This document shows positions 31,653 through 41,474 of a stretch of DNA of 64,000 bases, one piece after another; the stretch's first letter is position 1; every line of letters begins with the position of its first letter. The stretch is from Candidatus Binatia bacterium. GTDB taxonomy: Bacteria; Desulfobacterota; Binatia; UBA9968; CAXXLF01. The DNA is taken from assembly GCA_963664015.2 (NCBI GenBank), contig CAXXLF010000001.1, forward strand, positions 928,001 through 992,000. The letters run 5' to 3'. The notes below the pieces were generated by a model, which saw only the letters and a list, made by a program, of their open reading frames with translations, ran no database searches and was not told the origin of the DNA. Both the position numbers and the translations under genes were made by a program.

Positions 31653-31759
31653 TTAATTGGTATTGGACGCCAACAGAAGCGTGGCATGGATGCTGAGCTG
31701 GCCGCACTGCCCGCTCACCGCGGCGATTTCATGGCGTATCGCCCCCGAATACTTCCCAT
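31653..31759 (-). pseudogene. Deletion remnant of a thiolase-like (SCP-x/Ltp2 type) gene
   Basis: GGAG RBS, then MGSIRGRYA (thiolase-like N-terminus) joined out of frame to EIAAVSGQCGQLSIHATLLLAS* (thiolase-like C-terminus), immediately before the DUF35 gene. Confidence 0.55.
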
Positions 31760-31798
31760 GATTCACTCCAACTGCTGGCCTAAGGACCGACGACAGTC

Positions 31799-32923
31799 TT
31801 ACAGCGCGCCCCCTTCCACCAACTCCTGGATGTCGGCTTCTTTGTACCCAAGTTCGGCTAAGATCTTGGCATTCTGCTGCCCCAGAGACGGCGCAGGGTT
31901 TAGCTTGTTTCCCCACAGGCTGCCGATGGCGCCCAAGGGGAACAAAATGCGGCCGAAGTCCGGGTGATCCGTTTCGGAGAGGAAACCGCGCGCCTTGAGC
32001 TGTGGGTCATCCACCAGGTCCAATGGAGTAGAGACCGGCGCTGCTGGCACGTGGCGTTTTTGCGCCTCGGTAACAATCTCTATCTTGGAGAATCCCTTGG
32101 ACCACATTCCCAAACGCTCGACGATCAAATCCTTTTTTGCATCACGCTCCGCCTCATCAACGAGAGAGGCGTCTGCCGATAGTACCGGGTCCTGAACCCA
32201 ATCCACGAATTTACCCCACCCATCAGGTGATTGGGGAACGCTAACCATCCAGTAACCATCGGTACAGGGAAAAGCACCGGAAACCGCCGTGATGGCCCCA
32301 CGATAACCAACCCGTTCCGTGACCTGCCCCCAACTGGTGTAGTCCACCATGGCCTGTTCGACGAAGGATTCTAAACATTGTCGAATGGAGACTTCGACGA
32401 CCTGGCCTTGACCGGTTAGTTGCGAGCAAAACAACGCACCCGCAGCCGCCACCGAAACATAAAGGCCGGTCGCAGCGTAAACCACATGACCTCCCAACAG
32501 GACCGGACGTTGGCCCGGGTGACCGGTAAGCGCTAAAAGTCCCGATCGGGCAACGGCACAGAGCTCGGGCTCGTCGTTAATAACCTTGATGAGGACCAGG
32601 CGCGGGTTGGCCTCCAATATCTCACTCTCTTCCAATAGCAGGGGCGAGCTGGCAATCAGGGCATCAGCCGTACCTATAAGATCGAGCACGACTCGGCGAG
32701 CCGCAGGGGCCTCCAAGTTTAGTTTCAGGCTCTGTTTCCCGGCATTAAAAAATTGGTGGTAGGCGCCCTTTTCCAGATCCGGCTTGTCGCCCAGGTAGGG
32801 CCCCAGTCTCCTGAGGGAGTCACCTTGGGAAGACTCGATACGAATCACTTCATTCCCGGTCTCCGCCAAGAGCCGCGCGGCATATACCGCCGGATGGGCG
32901 GCCATGTCAATAATGCGAGCCAT
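31799..32923 (-). CDS. CoA-transferase family III, probable non-catalytic subunit
   Basis: YAARLLAE, NAGKQS, FPCTDG, APSLGQQ; no Asp at the catalytic position (LLGGHVVYAATG). Confidence 0.82.
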   Translation of the reverse strand: MARIIDMAAHPAVYAARLLAETGNEVIRIESSQGDSLRRLGPYLGDKPDLEKGAYHQFFNAGKQSLKLNLEAPAARRVVLDLIGTADALIASSPLLLEESEILEANPRLVLIKVINDEPELCAVARSGLLALTGHPGQRPVLLGGHVVYAATGLYVSVAAAGALFCSQLTGQGQVVEVSIRQCLESFVEQAMVDYTSWGQVTERVGYRGAITAVSGAFPCTDGYWMVSVPQSPDGWGKFVDWVQDPVLSADASLVDEAERDAKKDLIVERLGMWSKGFSKIEIVTEAQKRHVPAAPVSTPLDLVDDPQLKARGFLSETDHPDFGRILFPLGAIGSLWGNKLNPAPSLGQQNAKILAELGYKEADIQELVEGGAL

Positions 32924-32993
32924 CTTATCTGCACCTCCTTGGTAAGGATTCCGTGTCGATCGCTTGATTCATAGTTGATCTCCGTTCGACCCC

Positions 32994-34244
32994 TTACACC
33001 AGGCCGCCTTGATCTTCCAATTCCCTAACCTCGACCTCCGTAAGCCCCAACCAATCGTTCAATGCGTCTCGTGTATGCTCACCCAGGACGGGTGCCGGAC
33101 GCAGGCGCGACAATAGACTCGAACTGAAAGAAAAAGGTACTCCCGTGGTGAGAGTCGATCCACCTTGTGGGTCATCCCAAGGGTGAAAGACCTGGGCCCC
33201 GTCGGGCCCCTCCAGGACTTCGTTGATGCGTCGCATTCGCTCCGCAGGGACCCCCGCTTCTTTCAGGCACCTCTGGACTTCCTTTTTGGGCAGCCGGCTG
33301 GTCCACGACTCGATCAGCCTATCGAGTTCATCGTGGGCATCCATCCTTCCCTGCACCGTGGCAAACCGATCATCCCTCGCCCAACCAGGATTGCCGAGAG
33401 CCGAGGCGAAAGCTTGCCACTGTTCGTCGTTCTGGACACTAATGGCACACCACTCGTCGGCGCCCTCACAACGGTAAACACCCTGGGGAGCGGCGACCAT
33501 GGAACGATTACCCAACCGCGGCGCTGTACTTCCATTGACGATGCTGCTTAACAGGAGGGGACCAAACGTGGAGACGCTGCATTCGAACTGACTCAGATCT
33601 ATGTTGGTGCCCTGGCCGCTCTTCGCGCGTTGAGTCAAGGCCTGAAGGATACCGAAACAGGCATGGAGTCCGCCCATGTAGTCATTCCAGGAATTGGCGA
33701 TGGCTGTCGGCGGGTCCTTCTCCTCTCCGGTAACCATCATCAAACCCGTGTAGGCTTGAAGGTTCATATTCATACTGGTCCAGGATTTGCGCGGGCCGCT
33801 GTGTCCAAATCCGGACATACTGACGTAGATCAGCTTGGGATTCAGCGGTTGCAGATCCCCATAACCCAATTGAAGGCGATCCATAACACTGGCGCTAAAA
33901 TTCTCCACTACGATGTCAGCCATGCCCGCAAGTCGTCTGGCCAGGAGACGACCTGCCTCGGTCTTCAGATTTATGGTTATGGACCGCTTGCTCCGATTGG
34001 TGTTCAAAAAAGACGGAGCACGATCCTCACGGGTTCTGGGAGCAGCTCCTGCCGAGGTTTTCCTTGAGCCCAACCGTTCGGGCCTCGTAGCCGACTCGAC
34101 CTTGAGCACATCGGCACCCAGATCCGCCAGCAATCGAGTGCAGAATGGACCGGCAAGGACATGAGTAAAATCTAGTACACGAGTACCCGCTAGCGGCGAT
34201 CCATCTTTTTCGTTCGAGGAAGCACTTTGGCCATGGTGGTTCAT
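32994..34244 (-). CDS. CoA-transferase family III (CaiB/BaiF), probable catalytic subunit
   Basis: VLDFTHVLAGPFC, NRSKRS, VVENFS, WNDYMGG (catalytic Asp), APVLGEHT. Confidence 0.9.
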   Translation of the reverse strand: MNHHGQSASSNEKDGSPLAGTRVLDFTHVLAGPFCTRLLADLGADVLKVESATRPERLGSRKTSAGAAPRTREDRAPSFLNTNRSKRSITINLKTEAGRLLARRLAGMADIVVENFSASVMDRLQLGYGDLQPLNPKLIYVSMSGFGHSGPRKSWTSMNMNLQAYTGLMMVTGEEKDPPTAIANSWNDYMGGLHACFGILQALTQRAKSGQGTNIDLSQFECSVSTFGPLLLSSIVNGSTAPRLGNRSMVAAPQGVYRCEGADEWCAISVQNDEQWQAFASALGNPGWARDDRFATVQGRMDAHDELDRLIESWTSRLPKKEVQRCLKEAGVPAERMRRINEVLEGPDGAQVFHPWDDPQGGSTLTTGVPFSFSSSLLSRLRPAPVLGEHTRDALNDWLGLTEVEVRELEDQGGLV

Positions 34245-34280
34245 AACGATAATCTTTTAGAAAGAAAATTCGCTGTGCTT

Positions 34281-35645
34281 TCAATCATTTACAACCTCCA
34301 TGGCCTGCATAATGAGGCGTTGCCAGTGACGGTAAAAAGCTCGCTCGCTGTCTTCGTTCAATCCCCCGTCCACCAGATCCCTTAGCGCTGGAACGGGTCG
34401 GTTTTTTGGGGAATCACCCAAACCCTTGCCGTATTGAAGCATCAACCGCTTCGCTATGGGACCCTGGAGCGAATGAGTGATTCCGGCCCAGTTTTCCATG
34501 TCATCTTGTTCAAACATCCCTCCCATGCCGAAAACACGCAGGTAAGATTCCCGTGAAGCCTGCTTCCACTCTTCCGATGCGTTCTTATCGACAAAATTCC
34601 ATGACCAGATTTCCATTCGATCCGCACCTTTAGGCTGCCACAGCCTCAAGGTCAGAAAAGATATCGCACCCTCCCCGGATTTTCCTCCGCCCCATTCCTC
34701 CGAGGTATGCTGGCCGCTGTTAAGGAAACTCATATTGGGAAAGACATTGCCGACAACGAACAAGAGCGGTTCGAGCATCTTCGACTGCTCTTCTGTGAGG
34801 CGGCTGTGGATTTCCGGGTACAAAGTCTCGGGTAATCCCAGGTTAAATTTGCCCTTAAAACTCGAGAGCGAAGAGGCATGGCCATTGTCGGTAATCAACC
34901 TATGATTGGTGCGTTCCCCTAGCATTTTGTCTTCCAAACCAAGGGCGGACCGAAAGCCATGAGTCGTAGCGAGATGGACGCCATCGCCGGAGAAATTGGC
35001 CGCCCCCAACTTCCAATTAGCATCAACCTCCCACCTCATTGGAGCACCCATGACTTCCATCTCTGCCGTTCTCCCGAACAGGATATCCAGGACCCACTTC
35101 ATCTCCCCCAGATAATCACCCAAGGGCTCGGCCTGAGCATCCCAATTGGCGAATATGAGACCATGATAACTGTCAACTCTGGCGGCCTGGTGAAGCCCCA
35201 GCTTGCTCATGTCCAATTTTCCGTTATAGCCCTCGAAAAAGGGGACCGCAATTAGCTCCCCACTGCTGTTGTAGGTCCAACCGTGGTACGAACAGCGGAA
35301 TTTGGCGGCCATGCCGCTGTCCAAAGGACAAACCCTCATACCCCGGTGACGACAGACATTTAAAAACACCCTGACCTTGCCATCCTGACCACGGCACACG
35401 ATGACCGGATCATCACCCATGAAGCGAGTTACAAAGTTCCCCGCCTGAGGCAACTCGGATTCATGGGCCACGTAAAGCCAGCACCGGGTAAAGATCCGCT
35501 CCATCTCCAAACGGTTGATTTCCGGGTTCGTAAAAACCTGTGAGCTGATCATTCCAGTGTCGACCCTAACGAGATCGCTCAAGAAACGCGCCTCGGCTTG
35601 ATCCATTTTCGATTCAGAAGGTGTGACGTTTTTTTTCATCGACAT
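34281..35645 (-). CDS. Aromatic ring-hydroxylating dioxygenase alpha subunit (HcaE/BphA1/NahAc class) #1
   Basis: CRHRG...CSYHGW, NWKLGAANFSGDGVHLATTH, FEQDDMENW. Confidence 0.92.
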   Translation of the reverse strand: MSMKKNVTPSESKMDQAEARFLSDLVRVDTGMISSQVFTNPEINRLEMERIFTRCWLYVAHESELPQAGNFVTRFMGDDPVIVCRGQDGKVRVFLNVCRHRGMRVCPLDSGMAAKFRCSYHGWTYNSSGELIAVPFFEGYNGKLDMSKLGLHQAARVDSYHGLIFANWDAQAEPLGDYLGEMKWVLDILFGRTAEMEVMGAPMRWEVDANWKLGAANFSGDGVHLATTHGFRSALGLEDKMLGERTNHRLITDNGHASSLSSFKGKFNLGLPETLYPEIHSRLTEEQSKMLEPLLFVVGNVFPNMSFLNSGQHTSEEWGGGKSGEGAISFLTLRLWQPKGADRMEIWSWNFVDKNASEEWKQASRESYLRVFGMGGMFEQDDMENWAGITHSLQGPIAKRLMLQYGKGLGDSPKNRPVPALRDLVDGGLNEDSERAFYRHWQRLIMQAMEVVND

Positions 35646-35746
35646 TTTTCCCTCACCAGGCAATCGGTTTTATCAAAAAAAGCAAACCCCATGGGTTCCC
35701 TTTTGCGTCAGCCCCTCATTCACAAAATCACCAGGAACCCAACCCA

Positions 35747-36520
35747 CTATTGGGAGCAGCCGTTACAATAGGACGTGTAGAGGGCGTCGGGCCAGGAAAA
35801 GCCCTGGGGCCCTTGTTGGGTTCCTCCCATGGCCCGATCCACTTGCAACTTCATCCCACCATAGTCCTCTGCCGTGACCAGATTCAATCTATACAGCTTT
35901 GCCAATAACATGGCCCCCTCGGGTCCGTGCTCTTCCAGGTCCGCCACTACATGGAGATCAAAGTACTCGAGCAAGTCGTCCGGAACACCGTACTTGTCAT
36001 GTAAAATTTCTCGGTAGGACTTCATATAATAGCCCACAAAACCTTCAAGCATCCACCGGACAGCCGTCTGAGCCGGGCTCTGAGAACGGTAAAGCAGGCT
36101 CGTATTCAACCGAGCCTCCAACTCGGGGATGGGCTTTGAATAAAAAAGCTCCTCATCCTTCAGACCGAGATAATGTGCAAATTTTAGATACGTCCGACCG
36201 TGGCCACCCGGTCTAGGGTCAGATAACTCGGAGCCGATCTTTGCCGCTACAATGTCGTAGAGGTCCGGGTTCCGGCGCCACAAATCCATGTAACTCACCA
36301 GCGTCCAGGTCACATTGATGTTCGTCGCCTGAATAAAGATGTAATACTGTTTCGCGTACTCCTTTAGAAACTCAATGGAGACTTTTCCCCGGGAAAAATC
36401 ATCGTGAAACAGCCCCCGACCCCGGCCCGTTTTAAACGGATGATCCCTGGTCCTGTCATCAAACCAGATTTGAAAAGACTCAAAGGTGGGGAATACCGTG
36501 CGTTGATCAGCCTCCATCAA
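35747..36520 (-). CDS. Heme-oxygenase-like fold (CADD/PqqC/TenA) putative diiron enzyme #1
   Basis: E-x8-H (ELSDPRPGGH), LEG, H-x3-D-x3-H (HVVADLEEH). Confidence 0.72.
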   Translation of the reverse strand: MMEADQRTVFPTFESFQIWFDDRTRDHPFKTGRGRGLFHDDFSRGKVSIEFLKEYAKQYYIFIQATNINVTWTLVSYMDLWRRNPDLYDIVAAKIGSELSDPRPGGHGRTYLKFAHYLGLKDEELFYSKPIPELEARLNTSLLYRSQSPAQTAVRWMLEGFVGYYMKSYREILHDKYGVPDDLLEYFDLHVVADLEEHGPEGAMLLAKLYRLNLVTAEDYGGMKLQVDRAMGGTQQGPQGFSWPDALYTSYCNGCSQ

Positions 36521-36665
36521 TTAATGGCCTCGACACAACCGCCAGTGGGAATTTTCTGGTCTATCAAAAATGCAAACATGTGCAAGTATGGGAATTTGGC
36601 ATTTCACTCGGACGTCGCCCTCAACGAACTAGCATCCTGGTTTTGCTGTTAAAGGTTCCCACAAA

Positions 36666-37202
36666 TCAGAAAAAGATGCTCAGATTTCTCGACCCAACGA
36701 CAACCTGGTCCAATAGTATCGTCCTTGATGCCAACCGCCACTGATCCTGGACCCTGCGCATCAGATCCTTCCTCTCACCGGACAATATATCGGCACCCGA
36801 CGAATTGGTACGGTTGCGATAGACAAGAAAGTAGCTCATCACTTCAAGCTCCAGCGGGTTGGGAGTCGAATGCACACGCACATTCGTAATCAGATGGCGG
36901 GTCCTGGAAGGTGGACTCTCGGCCCAGGCAAAGTCCGTACCCAACCGTTTGATTCGCGTCTGGAGTGACGCCAGGTTTTCGGAAAATATTTCTGTCTTTT
37001 CAGTATAGTCTGGTTTCAAGGAGCGGCCGCGGTTTACACGGACCGGCATCCGGTAGTGAATATCCTCCGTCATCATCTCCAACCACTCTGAGAAACGCCC
37101 ATGGTCTAAAAATTCCGCCTCTTGCAGAAGAAATTCCAGGATCTCGGCGTATCGGGGATCGCCTGGACTAACGTTTTTTCCGTTTTCGGCCATTTGAGTC
37201 AT
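36666..37202 (-). CDS. Aromatic ring-hydroxylating dioxygenase beta subunit
   Basis: FLLQEAEFLD, WAESPPSRTRHLITNV, RTILLD, NLSIFF. Confidence 0.92.
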   Translation of the reverse strand: MTQMAENGKNVSPGDPRYAEILEFLLQEAEFLDHGRFSEWLEMMTEDIHYRMPVRVNRGRSLKPDYTEKTEIFSENLASLQTRIKRLGTDFAWAESPPSRTRHLITNVRVHSTPNPLELEVMSYFLVYRNRTNSSGADILSGERKDLMRRVQDQWRLASRTILLDQVVVGSRNLSIFF

Positions 37203-38517
37203 GTCCCGTTCGCGTCATGAGTTTTTGCCAATAACTATAAAACGCACGTTCGCTGTCTTCACTTAAGGCTCCATCTCTCACGTCCTTGAGGGACGGAATC
37301 GGACGTCCCTTGTGGGGCCGCCCCAACCCCATCTTGTATTGGAGCCAAAGCCGATTTGCAATGGGGCCCTGTAAGGCATCTGTGATATCGGCCCAGTTCT
37401 CCATGTCGTCCTGCTCGAACATCCCACCCATACCAAAGACGCGCAGGTAAGATTCTCTGGAATCTTCTTTCCATTTCGGTGAAGCATTCTTATCCACTAA
37501 GCACCACGACCACACCTCCATTTTACCCGCACCCTTAGGCTGCCACTGGCGTAGCGTCACGAAAGAGACCAACCCGCTCCCACTCCCCCCCCATTCCTCC
37601 GACGTATGCTGGGCACTGCTTAAAAAGCTCAAATTAGGGAAGATATTGCCTACGATAATGAGGAGAGGTTCCATAACCTTGCATTGCTCATCCGTGAGGT
37701 TGGACCGCATCTCCGCCTGCAGGTCCTCAGGAAGCCCCATGCAGTAGTTCCCCTTGAACCCCGAGAGCGCGGAGGCGTGTCCCCGGTTCGTCGTTAACCT
37801 ATAGCTGACACGTTCGCCTTTCAGCTTGTCCGCCAAACCGAGAGCTCCGCGAAATCCGTGGGTGGTAAAGATATGGGTTCCATCCCCGGCAAAATTGGCC
37901 GCTGCGAGCTTCCAATTAGCATCCGCCTCCCATCGCATCGGAGCACCCACAACTTCCATTCCCTCCGTGCGTCCGAACAACAGGTCCAACACCCACCGGG
38001 CCTCGCCCAGGTAGTCCCCCAACGACTCTGCCTTGGCGTCCCAATTGGCAAAAATGAGCCCGTGAAAGATCTCCAACTGGGGTGTCTCGTAAAGGCCCAA
38101 TAGGTCCTTGTCCAATTGACCTTGATAGCCTTCAAAAAAAGGGACCGAAATCAACTCCCCGTTGTTTCCGTAGGTCCAACCGTGATACGGGCACTTAAAA
38201 TGGGCCGCCTTGCCCATATCCTCGGAACAGACCCTCCTGCCCCGGTGACGGCAGACATTCAAAAATACCCGCACCTTGCCGTCCTGCCCCCGCCACACAA
38301 CCACCGGATCATCCCCCATCGTACGAGTGACAAAATCGCCGGGATTAGGGATCTCAGACTCATGGGCCACGTAGAGCCATGTGCGAGTAAAGATCCGCTC
38401 CATCTCCAAGCGGTTGGTCTCCGGATCGGTAAAAATGCGAGGATTCACGACCCCTTCCTGCGCCCGGAATAAATCCGCATGGGACCCGACTACTTTCTTA
38501 ACCGATTTGTATTTCAT
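37168..38517 (-). CDS. Aromatic ring-hydroxylating dioxygenase alpha subunit #2 (close paralog of 34281..35645)
   Basis: CRHRG...CPYHGW, NFAGDGTHIFTTH, FEQDDMENW. Confidence 0.92.
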   Translation of the reverse strand: MKYKSVKKVVGSHADLFRAQEGVVNPRIFTDPETNRLEMERIFTRTWLYVAHESEIPNPGDFVTRTMGDDPVVVWRGQDGKVRVFLNVCRHRGRRVCSEDMGKAAHFKCPYHGWTYGNNGELISVPFFEGYQGQLDKDLLGLYETPQLEIFHGLIFANWDAKAESLGDYLGEARWVLDLLFGRTEGMEVVGAPMRWEADANWKLAAANFAGDGTHIFTTHGFRGALGLADKLKGERVSYRLTTNRGHASALSGFKGNYCMGLPEDLQAEMRSNLTDEQCKVMEPLLIIVGNIFPNLSFLSSAQHTSEEWGGSGSGLVSFVTLRQWQPKGAGKMEVWSWCLVDKNASPKWKEDSRESYLRVFGMGGMFEQDDMENWADITDALQGPIANRLWLQYKMGLGRPHKGRPIPSLKDVRDGALSEDSERAFYSYWQKLMTRTGHDSNGRKRKKR

Positions 38518-38804
38518 CGCAACTCTTACCTGGGAAGGTTTGATAGGCTTTTTTTCTGCCTTCTTTTACCTAGTATCCCCAATACCTGACTCAAAATACG
38601 GTATGATTTTCCAAAAAGACCGGCAAATTCAATCTTTCGGTAAGTCACCGGCGGCATTAGACAATCGACTCACTTTTTTCGGAGTTCTTACTCGTAATCG
38701 TGTCTGATCGCGGCGTGGGGAACACTCCAAGGTTGAGGTCGGCCGAACTTTCGTTCGCACCTGACGCTTAGGACAAACCGGTCGGCTTCCCATCCTCAAA
38801 CCAA

Positions 38805-40226
38805 TTAGAAACGGAACCCGTATTCAGCCCAGCGACGGTTGACCAAATCCAGGTGTTCTTTATTGGGATCAGCGGAGGCGGGAAAATCTTCCTTCTCCAG
38901 GCTATACTCGAACTCGGGCCGAGTTGCGTCGATCCCCATCTTGTCCGAATGCAAGGCCTGGGATGGGGGTGTCGAAGGATCCAGGGCAATACCCCTTCCC
39001 TGACGAAGAATCTCAACGTCGCGCCCTGCCTGAACTCGAGTGGCTTGAGCCCATTCGACCTTCTGAGGATTCCAGGGGTCGACATCGTCATCCACCACAA
39101 TGCAAAGTTTGACCGACAGGGTAGGCATGCCCCAGACCAGGCTGAAGATGTCGCGCACTTGCCCCGGGTAGCTCTTCTTGATGCTCACGACGGCATGAAA
39201 CGTGCCGCAACCGCCTTCCGTCACGCACGCGTCCACGACACCGGGGATCCCGGCTTTCTCCAGGAACTGTTTCAAGCCCATGGATCCGCCCATGGCCCGT
39301 ACCGTCGTACTCTCGTTCGGCGAGCGTCCTTCATAAGTCCCCTGGAACAGAGGCTGCTCACGATGAGTCACCATCTTAACGACAATATAATTTTTGCGTG
39401 ACCGTGAAGTGCCCATGTACCCGGCAAATTCACCGAAGGGACCATCTGACGCACCGTACGCCTTATCGGTGGGCATCTCCCCCTCGATAATGATCTCCGC
39501 CCGAGCCGGGACCAGTAGATCGCTGGTCTTGGCCTTAATGACATCAATGGGTGCCCGTTTGAGGCCACCGGCGACGGAGTAATCCCCCAGCCCCGGCGGG
39601 ACGGCGCTCACGGTGATCAATGCAAGATAAGGATCCAAACCGATGGCAATAGCGATCGGCATGGGTTTCCCCATGGCCTTCCATTTGTTCCAGTGCTGCC
39701 AGAGGTGGCGCCGCGGGGACGAACTGCAGCCGAGAATATTGGGTTCGAAGATGGCGCTTCGATAAGTCCCCATATTGATCCAACCGAACTCGGGGTCCTG
39801 GGTAATGACCGTATGATAGGTCCCCAGCATGTATTTCCCATCCAGGTGATGCCAACGGGGAACCGGGAAAGGGTCCTTGAACAGATCGATATTGTCGATC
39901 ACCACCTCGTGGCAAGGAGCCTCGTGAACTTCCCGCGGCTGAACGGGACAGGCATAGGCTTGGGCCCAACGGTCCCCAATTGCCGAAATATTCGGCTCGA
40001 CCCCAAGGGCCTGCGCGTAGCGTTTACGTGTCCCCAAAACGCCGGTCACCAGAGGGGTTGAGAAGCTGCCCACTCGTTCGAAGATCAAGGCTGGGCCGTT
40101 GCGGTCCGACACCTCACGGCATATGGCCCCAACTTCCCATTCACGGTCGACGGGGACGGTGATGCGATGCAGCTCGCCCTCTTGCTCAAGCGCTGTTGTA
40201 AATTCTCTCAAGTCATTGAAGGCCAT
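38805..40226 (-). CDS. UbiD family decarboxylase #2
   Basis: FNDLREF, NMGTYR, DGPFGEFAGY (first Glu of EGPFGE is Asp), VVDDDVDP, MGIDAT. Confidence 0.9.
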   Translation of the reverse strand: MAFNDLREFTTALEQEGELHRITVPVDREWEVGAICREVSDRNGPALIFERVGSFSTPLVTGVLGTRKRYAQALGVEPNISAIGDRWAQAYACPVQPREVHEAPCHEVVIDNIDLFKDPFPVPRWHHLDGKYMLGTYHTVITQDPEFGWINMGTYRSAIFEPNILGCSSSPRRHLWQHWNKWKAMGKPMPIAIAIGLDPYLALITVSAVPPGLGDYSVAGGLKRAPIDVIKAKTSDLLVPARAEIIIEGEMPTDKAYGASDGPFGEFAGYMGTSRSRKNYIVVKMVTHREQPLFQGTYEGRSPNESTTVRAMGGSMGLKQFLEKAGIPGVVDACVTEGGCGTFHAVVSIKKSYPGQVRDIFSLVWGMPTLSVKLCIVVDDDVDPWNPQKVEWAQATRVQAGRDVEILRQGRGIALDPSTPPSQALHSDKMGIDATRPEFEYSLEKEDFPASADPNKEHLDLVNRRWAEYGFRF

Positions 40227-40259
40227 TTTTTTGATCTCCTAGGGTCATCATCCCAAGAA

Positions 40260-41396
40260 CTAACCCTGGACGACGCTCCCTGGTAACGCCACAGGGGACA
40301 TCTGGCATGCAACGCCTGCCTCTCCCAGTGCCTCGATGAAATCTCGACGAATTTGAGGATCTTCATTTTCATAATCGATCATCGCGCCCCCTTTCTTGAT
40401 ACTGAGAACCGTAGCCCTCGTGTTGTCACGGCCGCGAAGCCCGATCCGATATTTGGCACCTCCGGTGCGAAAAGCAATGTGGCGGGCGGGTTCCCCTCCG
40501 GTATTGAAGTGTTGATGAAACCAACCATCGCCGGGACTGTAGACGGCTCCGTCACCCCAGTTGATTCGGAGCACTCGATCGCCATAGCCATCCTTGAACG
40601 GAGTGGTCCCAAACTCCTTCGGCCACATTAATACGTATCCCTTGGATCTCAAACCGAGGAGGATCGCGCCCGGCCCGTGATAGTGGGCCTTGTGATACAT
40701 CCCCACCGGCCATTGGGAGATATGCCCGGTTAGAATATTTTCCGAAATTTCGAAGCCCATGATGCTCACTCTTTCACCCTTGGGACGCTCCCGGGGATCC
40801 ACGAAGGCGTTTCTCAAATCTGGAATGAAGTTGGTCTCCCAGACCACATGTTCTCCTGCGGCCCGTTCCACCCGCTCCCCAACCTTGAAGTAATCCGACT
40901 CCCCGTTGTAACGATCCGTAAAGACAAAGCTGTCTCCAAAGACGAACTCCGGATTGTGAAAAAGATCCATAACAATGGGGGCGTTGGTTACTCCAAGGAA
41001 AATGACCGGCTCTTTGCCCACGTTGTACAGGCGATGCCATGCATTTAAAGGCGGGGCAAAGAAGCTGCCTTCGCCCCATTCGAAGCTCTTTTGGGGTTGC
41101 CCTTCCTGCCAGATCTGAGTCGCTCCCTGGCCATTTAGGATATAAATTAGCTCTTCATAGAGGTGTTTCTCAGGATTGAGAGCAGCTCCGGGCGGGATTT
41201 CTCCCACGTACATCCCGGTGAAACCGCTTTCCCTTACCCCATTGAGATAAAGAAAGGCCCCTTTTCCCCCGGTCCGGGCCCACTCCCTACGGTCGACCTT
41301 TCGGACGTCTTCGATACCCCCTTCCGCCTCTACGATGGGTATCCCCTCTCCCTTCATCCACTCCTCGTAGGACGTGGCCTCCGGGACTTTGCTCAT
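40260..41396 (-). CDS. Bicupin protein (gentisate dioxygenase-like fold); start uncertain, up to 41450
   Basis: Two cupin repeats: PEKHLYEE...PLNAWH and KAHYHGPG...WFHQHFN. Confidence 0.8.
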   Translation of the reverse strand: MSKVPEATSYEEWMKGEGIPIVEAEGGIEDVRKVDRREWARTGGKGAFLYLNGVRESGFTGMYVGEIPPGAALNPEKHLYEELIYILNGQGATQIWQEGQPQKSFEWGEGSFFAPPLNAWHRLYNVGKEPVIFLGVTNAPIVMDLFHNPEFVFGDSFVFTDRYNGESDYFKVGERVERAAGEHVVWETNFIPDLRNAFVDPRERPKGERVSIMGFEISENILTGHISQWPVGMYHKAHYHGPGAILLGLRSKGYVLMWPKEFGTTPFKDGYGDRVLRINWGDGAVYSPGDGWFHQHFNTGGEPARHIAFRTGGAKYRIGLRGRDNTRATVLSIKKGGAMIDYENEDPQIRRDFIEALGEAGVACQMSPVALPGSVVQG

Positions 41397-41474
41397 ACTA
41401 ACTGGCCTCTTCATCAAAAACTCTGTTTCAGCTCTGGACCTCCGAACCAATGATCGTCAAATGGTCACTCCTAC

